This document shows positions 20,374 through 32,067 of a stretch of 64,000 nt of DNA, one piece after another. The notes beneath the pieces were generated by a model. That model did no database searches. It was not told the origin of the DNA and worked only from the letters and a program-made list of their open reading frames with translations. The position numbers were made by a program, and so were the translations under genes. The stretch lies in the IMG/VR virus record IMGVR_UViG_3300044620_001243, one strand, 5' to 3'. Numbering within the stretch: the first letter of the stretch is position 1; every line of letters starts with the position of its first letter. This DNA is from a virus.

Positions 20374-21570
20374 ATGGATAAATTAACTGAAAGTTATCTC
20401 AAAAAAATCATAATAGAATCACTATCTAGAGAAGTTGAAGAATTAGCTTATGTTCGTAAAGACAAACAAAGTACCTCACTAAAATCTGGCGAAAAAAGAT
20501 TAAGACAATATGTCCCAATGAATGACGATGGTTCGCCTTTTCCAGAAGAAGATAGAAAAAAAAGTATACCCGATTATGTTATTGCAAATCCAAATTTAAT
20601 AGATGGTGGGGAAATTATTGTCGTTCCATTAGGATGTAATGAACTTGAAATGTTTAAAGACCAAAACAAAGAATGGTTAGAAAGTCTTGGAGTTAAACAT
20701 GGTAATCTTGAAGTACAATTAATACAATGTGGTAGAACTAAATATCCACATAAGTCTCTTGAAAAATTTTATCCCAAAGAAAAAACGGGAGAAAAAATGG
20801 GAGAACAAGAAAAAATTAAGAGAAAATTTTTTAGAATTGTATACAATGAATTAGATAATTCTGAGTTTCAAGGAATATTGAATAAGGCTAGCATTCCCGC
20901 TTTAAATATGAAAGATAATTCGGAATTTGGTAAAGCTCAAACAAAGAAAACAAATATAAGTCAATATGATATGTACGGTAACGATAAAATTGAATTTAAT
21001 TTACACAGTTACAATGGATATGATAGTTTAAAAAATTTCTTAGATTCAGTAATTGGTCGAATAAAAGGTACAGAAAATATCCCTAATACGTTTTTTATGT
21101 CAAGACAATATAACACAGGAGGATATGGTAATTACGATGCTGCTAGAAAAATGGAAAAAAAATATAAAGGTAAAACACCAGTACAGAAAAAAGATTCAAG
21201 AGATTACTACGAACAAAATTTAGATGCGACAGTTAGACTTGAAATTAATATTACAGGTGAGTTAATGGATAATAGTTATTTGTGGAATTTTGGATTAAAA
21301 ACACTTATCGGAAGAAAACTTGAAGATGAAAGTGGATTGAAAGGTGGTTATTTGGACAATAATTTAATACAGTCTTCAGAGACCGTACAATTGGAACCTA
21401 ATATCGAATTCAATGAAGAAAATACAGTTATGGATAATAAAGACATTGTTAATGGATTGATAAATGTATTAGATGATGTGAAATCACAAATTGAACAAAT
21501 TAGTCCTAAAACCATGTTAAAATGGGCAACAGTGAGAAGGAACGAAGTAGTAAGAAACGAATTAGCATAA
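20374..21570 (+). CDS. hypothetical protein
   Basis: 398-aa ORF. Confidence 0.4.
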   Translation: MDKLTESYLKKIIIESLSREVEELAYVRKDKQSTSLKSGEKRLRQYVPMNDDGSPFPEEDRKKSIPDYVIANPNLIDGGEIIVVPLGCNELEMFKDQNKEWLESLGVKHGNLEVQLIQCGRTKYPHKSLEKFYPKEKTGEKMGEQEKIKRKFFRIVYNELDNSEFQGILNKASIPALNMKDNSEFGKAQTKKTNISQYDMYGNDKIEFNLHSYNGYDSLKNFLDSVIGRIKGTENIPNTFFMSRQYNTGGYGNYDAARKMEKKYKGKTPVQKKDSRDYYEQNLDATVRLEINITGELMDNSYLWNFGLKTLIGRKLEDESGLKGGYLDNNLIQSSETVQLEPNIEFNEENTVMDNKDIVNGLINVLDDVKSQIEQISPKTMLKWATVRRNEVVRNELA

Positions 21571-21784
21571 ATTTAAAAAAATAAGAAAAATGAAAAAAAA
21601 TATTGTAAAGTTGTCACTTAAGGACATTGAAAACATCGTAGAGAGAACAATTAATGAATCAATGAATGAAGACGATTCTTTAGAGGGTGTTTCTTCGGAC
21701 AGAAATATAATGATTGGTAAAGACGAGGATGGTAAAATATATGTTATGGATGTTGAGACGGGTGATATTTTAGGTACAAAATAA

Positions 21785-22264
21785 TTAATTACTTTTTTTA
21801 CAATTTGTTTTTAATTTTTGCACCATCCGTATAAGTTTCTCATCTTTTTCTAATTGAATTTCTGTTTCCATCATTTTACCATTCACTACTCCACCATATA
21901 TGGTGTCACCATGGTAGATTTCACTAACCCTGTAAGTCGTTGATTTTTTAGGTTTTTTAACATAGTTTTCAATCTCATTAACAATTAATAAAATTTCATT
22001 TTCTCTTTCTATAATACGATTGGTACATTCTATCTGATTTTTTATAACTTTTTGATTTAAATCATTTACATTTTCATTTAATTCAGTTATTAATTTTTTT
22101 TGTAATTCAATCTTTGTTTCCAATTCTTCGTTGTTATATGTTGTTAATTCAACAATTTTTGGACCAATTGAGATAGATACAATTGAAAATAAAATAATAA
22201 TAAGTGCAACTACCCTTTGTGTTTGAGTGAATTTTGATAAAATCTCAGATATATATTTAAACAT
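21785..22264 (-). CDS. membrane-anchored coiled-coil protein
   Basis: Minus-strand 159-aa ORF with an N-terminal TM segment followed by a coiled-coil region. Confidence 0.4.
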   Translation of the reverse strand: MFKYISEILSKFTQTQRVVALIIILFSIVSISIGPKIVELTTYNNEELETKIELQKKLITELNENVNDLNQKVIKNQIECTNRIIERENEILLIVNEIENYVKKPKKSTTYRVSEIYHGDTIYGGVVNGKMMETEIQLEKDEKLIRMVQKLKTNCKKSN

Positions 22265-22710
22265 AATAATAAATATTATACATTAAAAAAATGGCAAAAA
22301 AAGATATTGAAGCAAAACTAGTGAATGTTTTCAATCCTGAAAACGGTGATGAATTTGAAGTTTTTGTTACTTATGAATTCATAAACGATAATTTGTTGGA
22401 AGAAGATGAAGAAATCTACATGTACAATTATGGTTTCGACATAAAAAGTTATGTTTCATCCAACAATGAAGACGTACCCGAGTGGATGACCGAAGAAATG
22501 GTGTACCACTCATTAAGTGAGATTATTAATGATTCAATGATTGAAGATATGTTTTATGATGATGGAGACATTGACGATGCCGATGAAATTGAAGATTATG
22601 ATGACGATTTAAATTTCTCCGAATCTGATGATGAGGATGATTGGTAAAAATTTGTTATCCATTTTGATTTTTAATGTTTTTTTTATATATTTGTTTTATA
22701 ATCGACAAAT

Positions 22711-23811
22711 ATGAAAATAAACATATCTAATGCAACCTTTTCTTCTATTGTGGGTATTGGGCAGAAAGTAAAAAGAGCAGCTAAAGAAACTGGACACGAG
22801 TATTTGGAGTTAAATAGGGGGGTCAATGCTGTTGTTGAAATCGATTTAGAAAATATTATTAAAACTATTGATTTTAATTCAAAAGAATTTCAAGTATATG
22901 CGCCAAATTTAGGTATAGAATCTTTTAGAAAATCGATTCTTAAAGAATATTTTCCATCAATAGATGTTAACGAAGAATCATTAAATTATGTGTCGGTAAC
23001 ACCGGGGGGAATGCCCGCACTTGATTTAGTAATTCAAATATTGAACGTTGAAAATGTTTTATTTCCCAAATTTTATTGGGGGTCTTATTCTAAAATGGCA
23101 ACAATAAGAAAACGTTCATTCTCCTTTTATGAATCAATAGAATCTTTAGATGTTGATAAACTCAACGAATCCTCTTGTGTTTTCATATGTGACCCAAATA
23201 ACCCAACGGGAATAAAAATTAACGATGGGAAGTTATTAAACAAAATAGAGGAATTAACAAAAAAAGGAGTAATTGTCGTATTTGATTCACCATACAGAAA
23301 ACTTTTTTTTGACAATGATGATTTTTTTAATACGATATCCAAATTCGATAATTTAATTATTACAGAGTCGTTTTCTAAATGGATTGGACTATCTGGACTT
23401 AGAATGGGATTTATCTTCTGTAAAAATAAGGATTTCAATTCCGAATTAAATATACGTTTATTATACGAATTTAATGCTGTATCCTCACCATCACAAATGA
23501 TTGTCGAAAGAGTAATATCAACACCAGAAGGTAAAGAGGCTCACACAAAATTTAGAAATATTACGGTAGATAACATTCGTAAAAATATTGAACTATTAAA
23601 AAATTTAGAACTCTTACCTTATGAAATATATGGTGATAAATCACCAATAGGTATTTTTTCTGTAATAAAAAAATCTGAAGATTTTCTATTTCAAAACAGA
23701 ATAGGTGCGGTAGGAATGGATAAATTTGTTTATCACGATAAAGATTACTGGTCATCATATTCCAGAATATGTGTGTCAGTTAAACATGAATTATTTTATA
23801 AATTTTTTTAA
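22711..23811 (+). CDS. PLP-dependent aminotransferase (class I/II)
   Basis: SFSKWIGLSGLRMGF matches the SxSKxxxxxGxRxG pyridoxal-lysine motif. Confidence 0.6.
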   Translation: MKINISNATFSSIVGIGQKVKRAAKETGHEYLELNRGVNAVVEIDLENIIKTIDFNSKEFQVYAPNLGIESFRKSILKEYFPSIDVNEESLNYVSVTPGGMPALDLVIQILNVENVLFPKFYWGSYSKMATIRKRSFSFYESIESLDVDKLNESSCVFICDPNNPTGIKINDGKLLNKIEELTKKGVIVVFDSPYRKLFFDNDDFFNTISKFDNLIITESFSKWIGLSGLRMGFIFCKNKDFNSELNIRLLYEFNAVSSPSQMIVERVISTPEGKEAHTKFRNITVDNIRKNIELLKNLELLPYEIYGDKSPIGIFSVIKKSEDFLFQNRIGAVGMDKFVYHDKDYWSSYSRICVSVKHELFYKFF

Positions 23812-24056
23812 AAAAAACAAAAATGCAAACACTATTATTTAACACAACAAATAAAGAAGTAAAATTATTTAGTTCTTCTTTACATGAATCAAAACTATTA
23901 TTGATGTTTACCGATATTCCAACTGTTAGAATGTCCTCCGATGGGTATTATGAAGTTATGAAAAGAGATGAACTAAACGATAGGAACATTCCGGTTCTTA
24001 GAGTTCCTATTGCAAATACAAACATGTTAATTGAGCGATAATTCTTTAAAAGAAAT

Positions 24057-25970
24057 ATGACAAATTTTGTTCCAAGTAAGTATCAAAAAGAAATTTTTAA
24101 CTTTATTTCAAAAGACACCAAAAATGCGGTAGTATCTGCCGTTGCTGGTAGTGGTAAGACCACAACTTTGATAAATGCGTTGGATAAAGTACCTGACACA
24201 AAAAGTGTTTTATTTTTGGCATTTAATGTTAGTATTGTTGAGGAACTACAAAAAAGATTGGTTGGTAAAAACAACATTCGAATTAGTACTGTTCACAAAT
24301 TCGGATTCGATATTTTAAGGAACAATTTTTCTTGTGAAAAAAATAATCAAAAATATCGAGACATCTTTAAACAAATATTGTGCGAATATTTTGATGTAAA
24401 AAAATACATCACAAATATTACATTTGATGAAATTCATTATCCATATGTTGAAAAAATATATCAATTTCTTTCGGCTGATGGATTAGATAGGACAAAATTT
24501 ATTTCCAATTGTATTTCTTTATGTGATTTGGCTCGTTCAAATTATGTTGATTTTGAAATAAAAGCAATTGGAATTGGTGAAATAAATAGTTTGGCCGAAA
24601 ATCATGGTATTAGTAATGAAGATGGGGAATCAACAGTTACATGGTATTTGGGTAAATTAGGTTCTATGTTTACTAATGTGATTGATTTTACCGATATGAT
24701 TTTTTTACCAAATATCTTAAATGTAAAATCTGAAGAATTTGACTTTGTGTTTATTGATGAGTGTCAAGATTTAAATAGTTGTCAGAGATTAATAATGCAA
24801 AAAGCGGTTAAACTAGAAACAGGTAGATTTATTGCCGTTGGAGACCCAAAACAAGCAATATATGGTTTTGCCGGTGCCGATTATCAATCGTACAATAAAT
24901 TAAAATCTTTACCAAATACTGTTGAACTACCGTTATCATTCACATATCGAGTGGCCCCTGAAATTTTAAATTTGGTTAAACACATAAACCCTTCAATATC
25001 TGCACACAGTAAAAATAAAAAGGGAAGAATAGATAACAATTCATCATACAAAGACATTATGGATGGTGACATGGTCTTATGTAGAAATACTTTTCCCTTG
25101 GTTGTTTTATGTATCAGGTTATTACAAGAAAATAAAAAATCATATATTATTGGTTCAGATATTGGCGCATCCTTAAAATTTTTAATTTCAAACCATATAA
25201 ATCACAATGAACCACATACAATGGAAAACGTGATTATTAGTTTAATAAAAGAAAAGGAGAGAATGATTGAGAAAATTATGTCAACACACAATGTTGATAG
25301 GTCAGTTGCATGTGAAGAAAATTCAGTAATATTATTTAGTGAAAATATAAAAGTTATTGAAGCGTTATCTGAAAATATTGAGAATCCCGATAAGGTAATT
25401 GAAAAAATAGATAGTATTTTTTCAAAAGATACTAAAATAGGTATTTGTTTGAGTACAATACATAAAGCAAAAGGATTGGAATCCGATAGAGTATTCATTT
25501 TACACCCTGAACTAATACCTTCAAAATATGCTAAATTAAGTTGGCAATTAGAACAAGAAAAAAACTTAGAATATGTGGCCTATACTAGAGCAAAAACGTT
25601 TTTAGGTTTCATAACCGATTTCGATGCGTTTAAAGAACATAAATCAAAAAATTATGATTCAAATAAACTTAAAGTAAGTAAACATATTGGTAAACCAAAT
25701 GATAAACTTTGGTTAAGTTTAACAGTTACAAATATTAGACAAGTTGATTCTAAATTTGGTGGGGGAAAAACGCTAGTGTATGATATGGTTGATGATGAAG
25801 GAAATGTTTTTTGTAAATTTGATAAAATTGATAATTCTTTTTTAGATGATGACAATGATACCGATAGAATTGAAATAAATTCCAAAGTATCTTTTTATGC
25901 AAAAGTAAAAAACCACGGAGAATTTAAAGGTATAAGATATACCAATTTATCCACAATTTCACATTATTAA
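24057..25970 (+). CDS. UvrD/PcrA-like SF1 DNA helicase
   Basis: Walker A (AVAGSGKTT), DExx (FIDECQD) and motif VI (TIHKAKGLESDRVFI). Confidence 0.8.
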   Translation: MTNFVPSKYQKEIFNFISKDTKNAVVSAVAGSGKTTTLINALDKVPDTKSVLFLAFNVSIVEELQKRLVGKNNIRISTVHKFGFDILRNNFSCEKNNQKYRDIFKQILCEYFDVKKYITNITFDEIHYPYVEKIYQFLSADGLDRTKFISNCISLCDLARSNYVDFEIKAIGIGEINSLAENHGISNEDGESTVTWYLGKLGSMFTNVIDFTDMIFLPNILNVKSEEFDFVFIDECQDLNSCQRLIMQKAVKLETGRFIAVGDPKQAIYGFAGADYQSYNKLKSLPNTVELPLSFTYRVAPEILNLVKHINPSISAHSKNKKGRIDNNSSYKDIMDGDMVLCRNTFPLVVLCIRLLQENKKSYIIGSDIGASLKFLISNHINHNEPHTMENVIISLIKEKERMIEKIMSTHNVDRSVACEENSVILFSENIKVIEALSENIENPDKVIEKIDSIFSKDTKIGICLSTIHKAKGLESDRVFILHPELIPSKYAKLSWQLEQEKNLEYVAYTRAKTFLGFITDFDAFKEHKSKNYDSNKLKVSKHIGKPNDKLWLSLTVTNIRQVDSKFGGGKTLVYDMVDDEGNVFCKFDKIDNSFLDDDNDTDRIEINSKVSFYAKVKNHGEFKGIRYTNLSTISHY

Positions 25971-26226
25971 TTATGAAATTCTTAGAATTACTTGCGATTT
26001 TAATATCTACAATTTTGGGATTTGTACCAATGTATTTAATTATTTTTTTTCTAACAAAAAACCCATATCTGTTGGAATGGGATTTGTGGGAAAAAATTCT
26101 TTTTCTTTTCATTTCATACGGATTATCCGGTATCTTATACGATAAGATAAAAAAAAATGTAGATGAAGATGATGAAGTTGTTTGATTTTTGAACTTTTTT
26201 TCTTATATTTTTTATAAAAAAACATT

Positions 26227-27081
26227 ATGATAATAAAAACTTTTACACCCGAATGGAAACTGTGGATATGGTCGAATATTGTAAACGGATTTAATAAAGA
26301 ATCTGTTTTTAATATTTTGTTAAATAACGGATTTGATTATTCACTAATAAGAAATGAGCTTGGAATTGAACCAACAAACTCTTTAATATGGAGAAGACAA
26401 TACAACCAAGAAAGTTTAAATACACCATATGAAGTTGAACTATATCCATATAATAAATTCATATGTGATAATCCGAGAGCGTATCGTATAGAAAATAATC
26501 AAATGGAAATATATCATTTTCCTGAATTGTTAACATATGAAGAGTGTGATGAATTACTTTCAATAACAAATAAAAAATTAAATAAGAAAAATCAAGTAGC
26601 ACATAAATTGGACATGTCGTTAGATATATCCAAAACAATTAATAAGAGACTATGTGATGTTATTGGTCTTTCAGAAGATTTTGGTGAGGACATCTTTATT
26701 CAAAAATATTCATCAAATGTTGAATATGGTGAAAATGTTGATTATATGTTACCAGAATTAACAGACAATTTGTTTCAGACAAAAGGTCAACGAGTTTGGA
26801 GTGTGCACATTTGGTTAAATAATGTTAATGAAGGTGGACATTTAACTCTAAAATCGATAGATAAAAGTATTAAACCAGTTAAAGGGGAGGCGACCATATG
26901 GAAAAACATTCATCACGATGGTAGTATTAACGAAAACACTAGTTATGTTCACAACTCATTTACCGATGGCGATAAATACGTTTTAGTAAAATATTTTAGG
27001 GAAAGAGGCGATGTTAGTGTTGAGGTTTTAGAAAGTAAGGGTCCTACTGAAATTGAGTTCGAAATTACAGAAATTAAATAA
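26227..27081 (+). CDS. 2OG-Fe(II) oxygenase (prolyl 4-hydroxylase-like)
   Basis: A P4Hc-like C-terminal half (…HIWLNNVNEGGHLTL…GEATIWKN…) with candidate His/Asp residues. Confidence 0.5.
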   Translation: MIIKTFTPEWKLWIWSNIVNGFNKESVFNILLNNGFDYSLIRNELGIEPTNSLIWRRQYNQESLNTPYEVELYPYNKFICDNPRAYRIENNQMEIYHFPELLTYEECDELLSITNKKLNKKNQVAHKLDMSLDISKTINKRLCDVIGLSEDFGEDIFIQKYSSNVEYGENVDYMLPELTDNLFQTKGQRVWSVHIWLNNVNEGGHLTLKSIDKSIKPVKGEATIWKNIHHDGSINENTSYVHNSFTDGDKYVLVKYFRERGDVSVEVLESKGPTEIEFEITEIK

Positions 27082-27634
27082 AATGGGAAATTACAATTTC
27101 TCTGAAGATTTAAAATTTGGTAATATTGGTGAGGAAATTGTTGCAAAATATCTAACCAAAAATTATGGCGCGAAATTAATCGGTAAAAGTGATGTAAAAG
27201 AAAAAAACCATAAACATTTTGATTTATCTTTTGAATTTCCACATTCCAAAAATGTAACTTACGAAGTTAAGTCTGAAGACATTTATATTGTACCAAAAAA
27301 AGTTTTACCTAATGGTGCAATTTTTCCAGGAAAAGATACGGGTAATCTTTTTATCGAATATATGTGTTATCAAAAAGATAGTGGTATTATGGTGACGATG
27401 GCAGATTGGTGGGCACATGTTTTGGTACACATTGGTGAAATATGGTTTATTAAATGTGAAGAACTAAAATCGTTATTAGACAAAAACAATTTTCCAAAAA
27501 CTATTGGTGGGGATTCTAAAGATAGAAGTGGTAATATAATAAAAGAAGAAGATAGGTCACATGGTTATTTGATTCCAAGAAAAGAAGTTGAAGAACATTT
27601 TATCATAAAAAAATTTAACATCAAAAACTTGTAA
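27053..27634 (+). CDS. hypothetical protein
   Basis: 193-aa ORF. Confidence 0.35.
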   Translation: MSSKLQKLNKMGNYNFSEDLKFGNIGEEIVAKYLTKNYGAKLIGKSDVKEKNHKHFDLSFEFPHSKNVTYEVKSEDIYIVPKKVLPNGAIFPGKDTGNLFIEYMCYQKDSGIMVTMADWWAHVLVHIGEIWFIKCEELKSLLDKNNFPKTIGGDSKDRSGNIIKEEDRSHGYLIPRKEVEEHFIIKKFNIKNL

Positions 27635-27872
27635 TTTATTTAACAAAAAGATAAATATTTATCTTAATAAAGAATTTAATACCTATGACATCAGAAGAAA
27701 TGTATGAATATTACGGTTGGATGGCGTATCGCCATGGTTTTTTTAATGAATGGAGAAATGAAGTAACCAAAGAAATTAAACAAAACATAAAAGAACATGA
27801 ATTTTCCACAAAAAAAGCGGAAATTTCTGAAATCGTTTTTAGTAAAATATTATCAATTAAAAACATAAACGA

Positions 27873-28574
27873 ATGAAAGTAGAATCGTTGTTTTTATCTG
27901 ACATTCATTTGGGTTCAAAAGGTTCCAATTCAGATTTAGTTCTTAAAATATTAAAAAAATATGAACCCGAATATCTTTTTTTAGTTGGGGATATTATAGA
28001 CGGTTGGTTATTGAAAAGAAGATTTAGGTGGAAACAATCTGATACAAATGTTATAAGAAAAATTCTTTCATATTCAAAAAATGGAACAAAGGTAATTTAC
28101 ATAACTGGTAATCATGATGATTTTTTAAGAGAATATGGTGATTTAAATTTTGGTAATATTGAAATTTGTTTAGAATATAAATATAAAAATATTTTTATAA
28201 CCCATGGTGATTTATATGATGGAGTTATAAAATTAAAATGGTTGGGCGTGTTAGGTTCTTTTGGATACGATTTAGCAATTTCAATCGATAGATTTTTAAA
28301 AAAAATTGGATATAAACGTTCATTGTCTAAATTCTTAAAAGATAAAGTAAAAGAGGCGGTAAAATTTATAACCAGTTTTGAAAATGAATTAGTTAGACAA
28401 GCGAAAAAAAGAGAGTGTGATGTGGTGATTTGTGGACACATTCACAACCCCGAAGATAAAACAATTAATAATGTTCGTTATTTAAATTGTGGGGATTGGA
28501 TTGAAAACAACACATACATTACTTTTGATAAAAATATATTCAAAATTAATTATATTAAAAATGAAATACCTTAA
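27873..28574 (+). CDS. calcineurin-like metallophosphoesterase (LpxH-like)
   Basis: FLSDIHLG, LVGDIIDG, GNHDDF and THGD motifs. Confidence 0.7.
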   Translation: MKVESLFLSDIHLGSKGSNSDLVLKILKKYEPEYLFLVGDIIDGWLLKRRFRWKQSDTNVIRKILSYSKNGTKVIYITGNHDDFLREYGDLNFGNIEICLEYKYKNIFITHGDLYDGVIKLKWLGVLGSFGYDLAISIDRFLKKIGYKRSLSKFLKDKVKEAVKFITSFENELVRQAKKRECDVVICGHIHNPEDKTINNVRYLNCGDWIENNTYITFDKNIFKINYIKNEIP

Positions 28575-29289
28575 TATAAAAGAAAAATTGACCATTGTCA
28601 TTCCTTGTTATAATGAAGAAAATTATTTGAAAAAAACTGTTGAATCTATATATAAACAAATTTATATAGAAGGAACTAGAGTAATTATATCAGATAATCA
28701 TTCGACAGACAGAACAAGACAGATTATTCATAATTTATCTAAAATGTATGCCGATAAGTTGAGAATTGAGTTAATTGATGGTGGGCCCGTTGCTGTATCG
28801 AGAAACTTGGGTAGTGATTTAGTGGATACCGAATATGTTTTATTTATGGATGCGGATACTCATTTATTTACGATTACAACAATATATGAAACATTGAATA
28901 ACATGATTGATTATGAATTAGATTTATTAACTTGTAAAATAAAATCTATTTCAAATGACATAAAAAGCAAAATAATATTTTCATTGTTTAATATTTTAAA
29001 TAACTTCATAAGTCTTACAAGTCCATTTGCTGTTGGTACTTATTTTTTAACACGAATTGATATTTTTAGAAAACTCGGTAAATTTGATGAAACATATAGA
29101 CATAGTGAAGATTATGGGTTAAGTAGAAAATACAACCCAACTAATTTCATGATATCTAAAAATTTTGTTGGTCAAGACAATCGTAGATTCAAAAAGTTTG
29201 GTTATATTAATATGTTAAAGTTGGTAATAAACTCATATAAAAATAGAAACAACCCTAATTTTTTTAAAAAAGATGTTGGGTATTGGTAA
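28561..29289 (+). CDS. family 2 glycosyltransferase
   Basis: LTIVIPCYNEENYL, DNHSTD and the DAD motif. Start moved to the ATG at 28561. Confidence 0.7.
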   Translation: MKYLNIKEKLTIVIPCYNEENYLKKTVESIYKQIYIEGTRVIISDNHSTDRTRQIIHNLSKMYADKLRIELIDGGPVAVSRNLGSDLVDTEYVLFMDADTHLFTITTIYETLNNMIDYELDLLTCKIKSISNDIKSKIIFSLFNILNNFISLTSPFAVGTYFLTRIDIFRKLGKFDETYRHSEDYGLSRKYNPTNFMISKNFVGQDNRRFKKFGYINMLKLVINSYKNRNNPNFFKKDVGYW

Positions 29290-29299
29290 AAAATAAGAT

Positions 29300-29737
29300 A
29301 TGACAAAAAAAATTTATATCGCATCGGACCACGCGGGTCTTGAATTAAAAAAAATTTTAATAAATAGAATAGTAAAATCGAACATAGATTTTGAAGATAT
29401 GGGTCCATTCACATATGAACCTGTTGATTATCCAGAATTTGCCCATAAGGTGTCCGATTGTGTATCGAAAAATGGGGGCACAATGGGAGTGTTAATTTGT
29501 GGTAGTGGTAATGGTGTTGCAATGACCTCAAATAAATGGGAAAATATAAGAGCATCTCTTTGTTGGAGTAGAGAAATTGCGAGTTTAGCTAGGTCACATA
29601 ACGATTCGAATGTCTTATGTATACCTGGAAGATTTTTATCAGTTGAAGACGCTATCGATATTTTGGATTATTTTATACACACACCCTTTGAAGGTGGAAG
29701 ACACGAAAATAGAGTCAAAAAAATAAACAAAACATGA
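29300..29737 (+). CDS. rpiB: ribose-5-phosphate isomerase B / sugar-phosphate isomerase RpiB-LacAB family
   Basis: KIYIASDHAGLELK…GVLICGSGNGVAMTSNK. Confidence 0.8.
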   Translation: MTKKIYIASDHAGLELKKILINRIVKSNIDFEDMGPFTYEPVDYPEFAHKVSDCVSKNGGTMGVLICGSGNGVAMTSNKWENIRASLCWSREIASLARSHNDSNVLCIPGRFLSVEDAIDILDYFIHTPFEGGRHENRVKKINKT

Positions 29738-30498
29738 ACGTAACAATTCTTCAAACCGACATCAAGTGGAATGATGTTATTTATAATAGAAATAGAATAG
29801 AAAATAATTTAATTGATTTAAAAGACAGTGATTTAGTTATTCTTCCTGAAATGTTCACAACGGGGTTTAACATGAACCCATCTGAATCATTCGAAACAAT
29901 GGAAGGGGATACAGTTAACTGGATGAAAAAAATATCAAACGATAACGGTTTTGCGATTTGTGGGTCGATTATAATTAAAGAAAACAATAAATTTTACAAT
30001 AGATTTTTGTGGGTTGAACCAAATGGCACAGTTAAGTCTTATGATAAAAGACATTTATTTTCTTATTTGGGTGAAAATGTTAATTATGTTAAAGGTAACA
30101 AAAAAGTTATTATAGAATATAAAGGTTTTAAATTTTTACCTTTAATTTGTTATGATTTGAGATTTCCTGTTTTTTCAAGAAACAGTGAAAATTATGATGT
30201 TTTAATTTATATTGCAAATTGGCCATCAAAAAGAATAGATTCATGGGGAAACTTATTAACCGCTAGGGCGATTGAAAACCAATCTTACGTATTTGGGGTA
30301 AACAGGGTGGGTGAAGATGAGAATGGATTAACATACAGTGGTATGTCTCAAATCATTGACCCAAATGGAAACAAAATAATAATTATGTTACACATTGAGG
30401 GTAAATACACCTATACAATTGAAAAAGACCACATATCACAGATAAGGTCTGAATTTCCCTTTTTAAAAGACAAAGATTATTATCAACTATATATGTGA
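29734..30498 (+). CDS. carbon-nitrogen hydrolase (nitrilase superfamily)
   Basis: Candidate E-K-C triad contexts ILPEMFTTGF, …K… and ICYDLRFPV. Confidence 0.75.
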   Translation: MNVTILQTDIKWNDVIYNRNRIENNLIDLKDSDLVILPEMFTTGFNMNPSESFETMEGDTVNWMKKISNDNGFAICGSIIIKENNKFYNRFLWVEPNGTVKSYDKRHLFSYLGENVNYVKGNKKVIIEYKGFKFLPLICYDLRFPVFSRNSENYDVLIYIANWPSKRIDSWGNLLTARAIENQSYVFGVNRVGEDENGLTYSGMSQIIDPNGNKIIIMLHIEGKYTYTIEKDHISQIRSEFPFLKDKDYYQLYM

Positions 30499-30542
30499 TT
30501 CAATTGAACATGGTTGCATAATATAAATTTTATTTTTAATTC

Positions 30543-30568
30543 ATCGGTAAAATTTTACCGATTTTTTG
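30543..30568 (+). terminator. rho-independent terminator
   Basis: ATCGGTAAAA/TTTTACCGAT palindrome followed by T6, after the nitrilase-family gene. Confidence 0.7.
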
Positions 30569-30623
30569 GTTTTTACGAAAAAAACCACTATATTTGACTG
30601 TAATTTGAAAATTAAAAAACGTT

Positions 30624-31046
30624 ATGAAGATAACTCAATCAATGAAGTTAAATGATTGGACCTACAATCAAAAAAGAAATGTCGTTTCAAGGGCAATTAA
30701 ATGGTGTAAAGAAAATATTAAATCAAATAAGAAAAGTAAAATTCCATTAACATATGTTGTAAAAAAATACGAAAAAGATAAAATAACCTACGGAGGTTAT
30801 AGTCATGATTATAATAGAATATTTATTTACTTTAAAAATATAAATAATTTAAAATTATTATTGTGTACAGTAATTCATGAATACCAACATTCAACTCAAC
30901 CAATGATAGTAAAATATAATTTGTATTCAAAAAAATATGGTTATTGGAAAAATCCATTAGAAATTGAAGCGAGAGACGCAGAAAAGAAGTATTTTCGCGA
31001 ATTGTATAAACACATTAAAAAAACACAAAATGAAAACCAAAATTGA
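30624..31046 (+). CDS. hypothetical protein with HExxH motif
   Basis: VIHEYQHS. 140 aa. Confidence 0.35.
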   Translation: MKITQSMKLNDWTYNQKRNVVSRAIKWCKENIKSNKKSKIPLTYVVKKYEKDKITYGGYSHDYNRIFIYFKNINNLKLLLCTVIHEYQHSTQPMIVKYNLYSKKYGYWKNPLEIEARDAEKKYFRELYKHIKKTQNENQN

Positions 31047-31145
31047 GTTTATTATAAATCTAATCATTAGTTCAACTTCGATTATTGCTTTTTCAATTCT
31101 TGTTTATGGGGTATACACCTTAATAAATGATATGTTTAATAGAGG

Positions 31146-31817
31146 ATGATTTTAATATCTAAATTAAAAAAAACCATGAAAAGTAAATTCGAATTCAAAG
31201 ACAATCGTTCTTTTAGTGTAAAGATGAAAGATTTTGCTCAATCTCTACTTTTTTGGAAAGGTAGAAAAAAAGGAATGATTTACACTCGTGATATTGTGTG
31301 GGGTGATATTCGTGAAATATTCTTTCCTAAAAACTTTGAGGAAAAATATGGTTATTTAGGTTCGGTTCCTTATGACCCGAGGACAAATACTTTTAAGGCA
31401 CTTTTACCCTTAGTTCTTGCTATGGATTACGAAGCAAAACCTAAATGGTGTCCTCGTTGGGTATTGAGATTTCTTTATGTATTTGGTGATGATAAATCTA
31501 TGGTAAGGGTTCGTAATAGGTTTTTATCTAATTTATCTAAAAAACTAACCAAAGGAATTACATTATACGATTACAAGACTAAATGGTCGTACTATGATTT
31601 AAGGATTAGTATTGGTGCTCCCCAATATCTACAAGATTTGGCCGATGACATTGAGCATGGTTATTACCAAAGAGGTAGGAGAGAAGAACTATTGAGTAAT
31701 ATCAAAAAGTATGAACCAGATTTTAATAAATGGATGACCATAAAAGAATTAGGTGAATATTTGGATGGTTTATCAGAAAAAAAAATAGTTAGAAAAAATG
31801 ATGAGGAGGGCGATTAA
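31146..31817 (+). CDS. hypothetical protein
   Basis: 223-aa ORF. Confidence 0.4.
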   Translation: MILISKLKKTMKSKFEFKDNRSFSVKMKDFAQSLLFWKGRKKGMIYTRDIVWGDIREIFFPKNFEEKYGYLGSVPYDPRTNTFKALLPLVLAMDYEAKPKWCPRWVLRFLYVFGDDKSMVRVRNRFLSNLSKKLTKGITLYDYKTKWSYYDLRISIGAPQYLQDLADDIEHGYYQRGRREELLSNIKKYEPDFNKWMTIKELGEYLDGLSEKKIVRKNDEEGD

Positions 31818-32067
31818 ATTAGAGATGAAGCAGATAAAATACTGAGCGAAGGTAGAAACAAACTCCTACAAGAAGATTTGGGTAAAAATGGAAGTTATAG
31901 TATTTATAACCCCAATGAAGTAGATGAAAGTTGTAGGGTTGCTTTTGACTTGATACAGGTTATTAGACATGAATTTTGGAAAAACGAACCAAACAGAAGT
32001 AGCATAACTGTCGATTCATCAGTACATTTGAGAACAAAGGAATCAGGTAAAATTAAATGTAAAATAG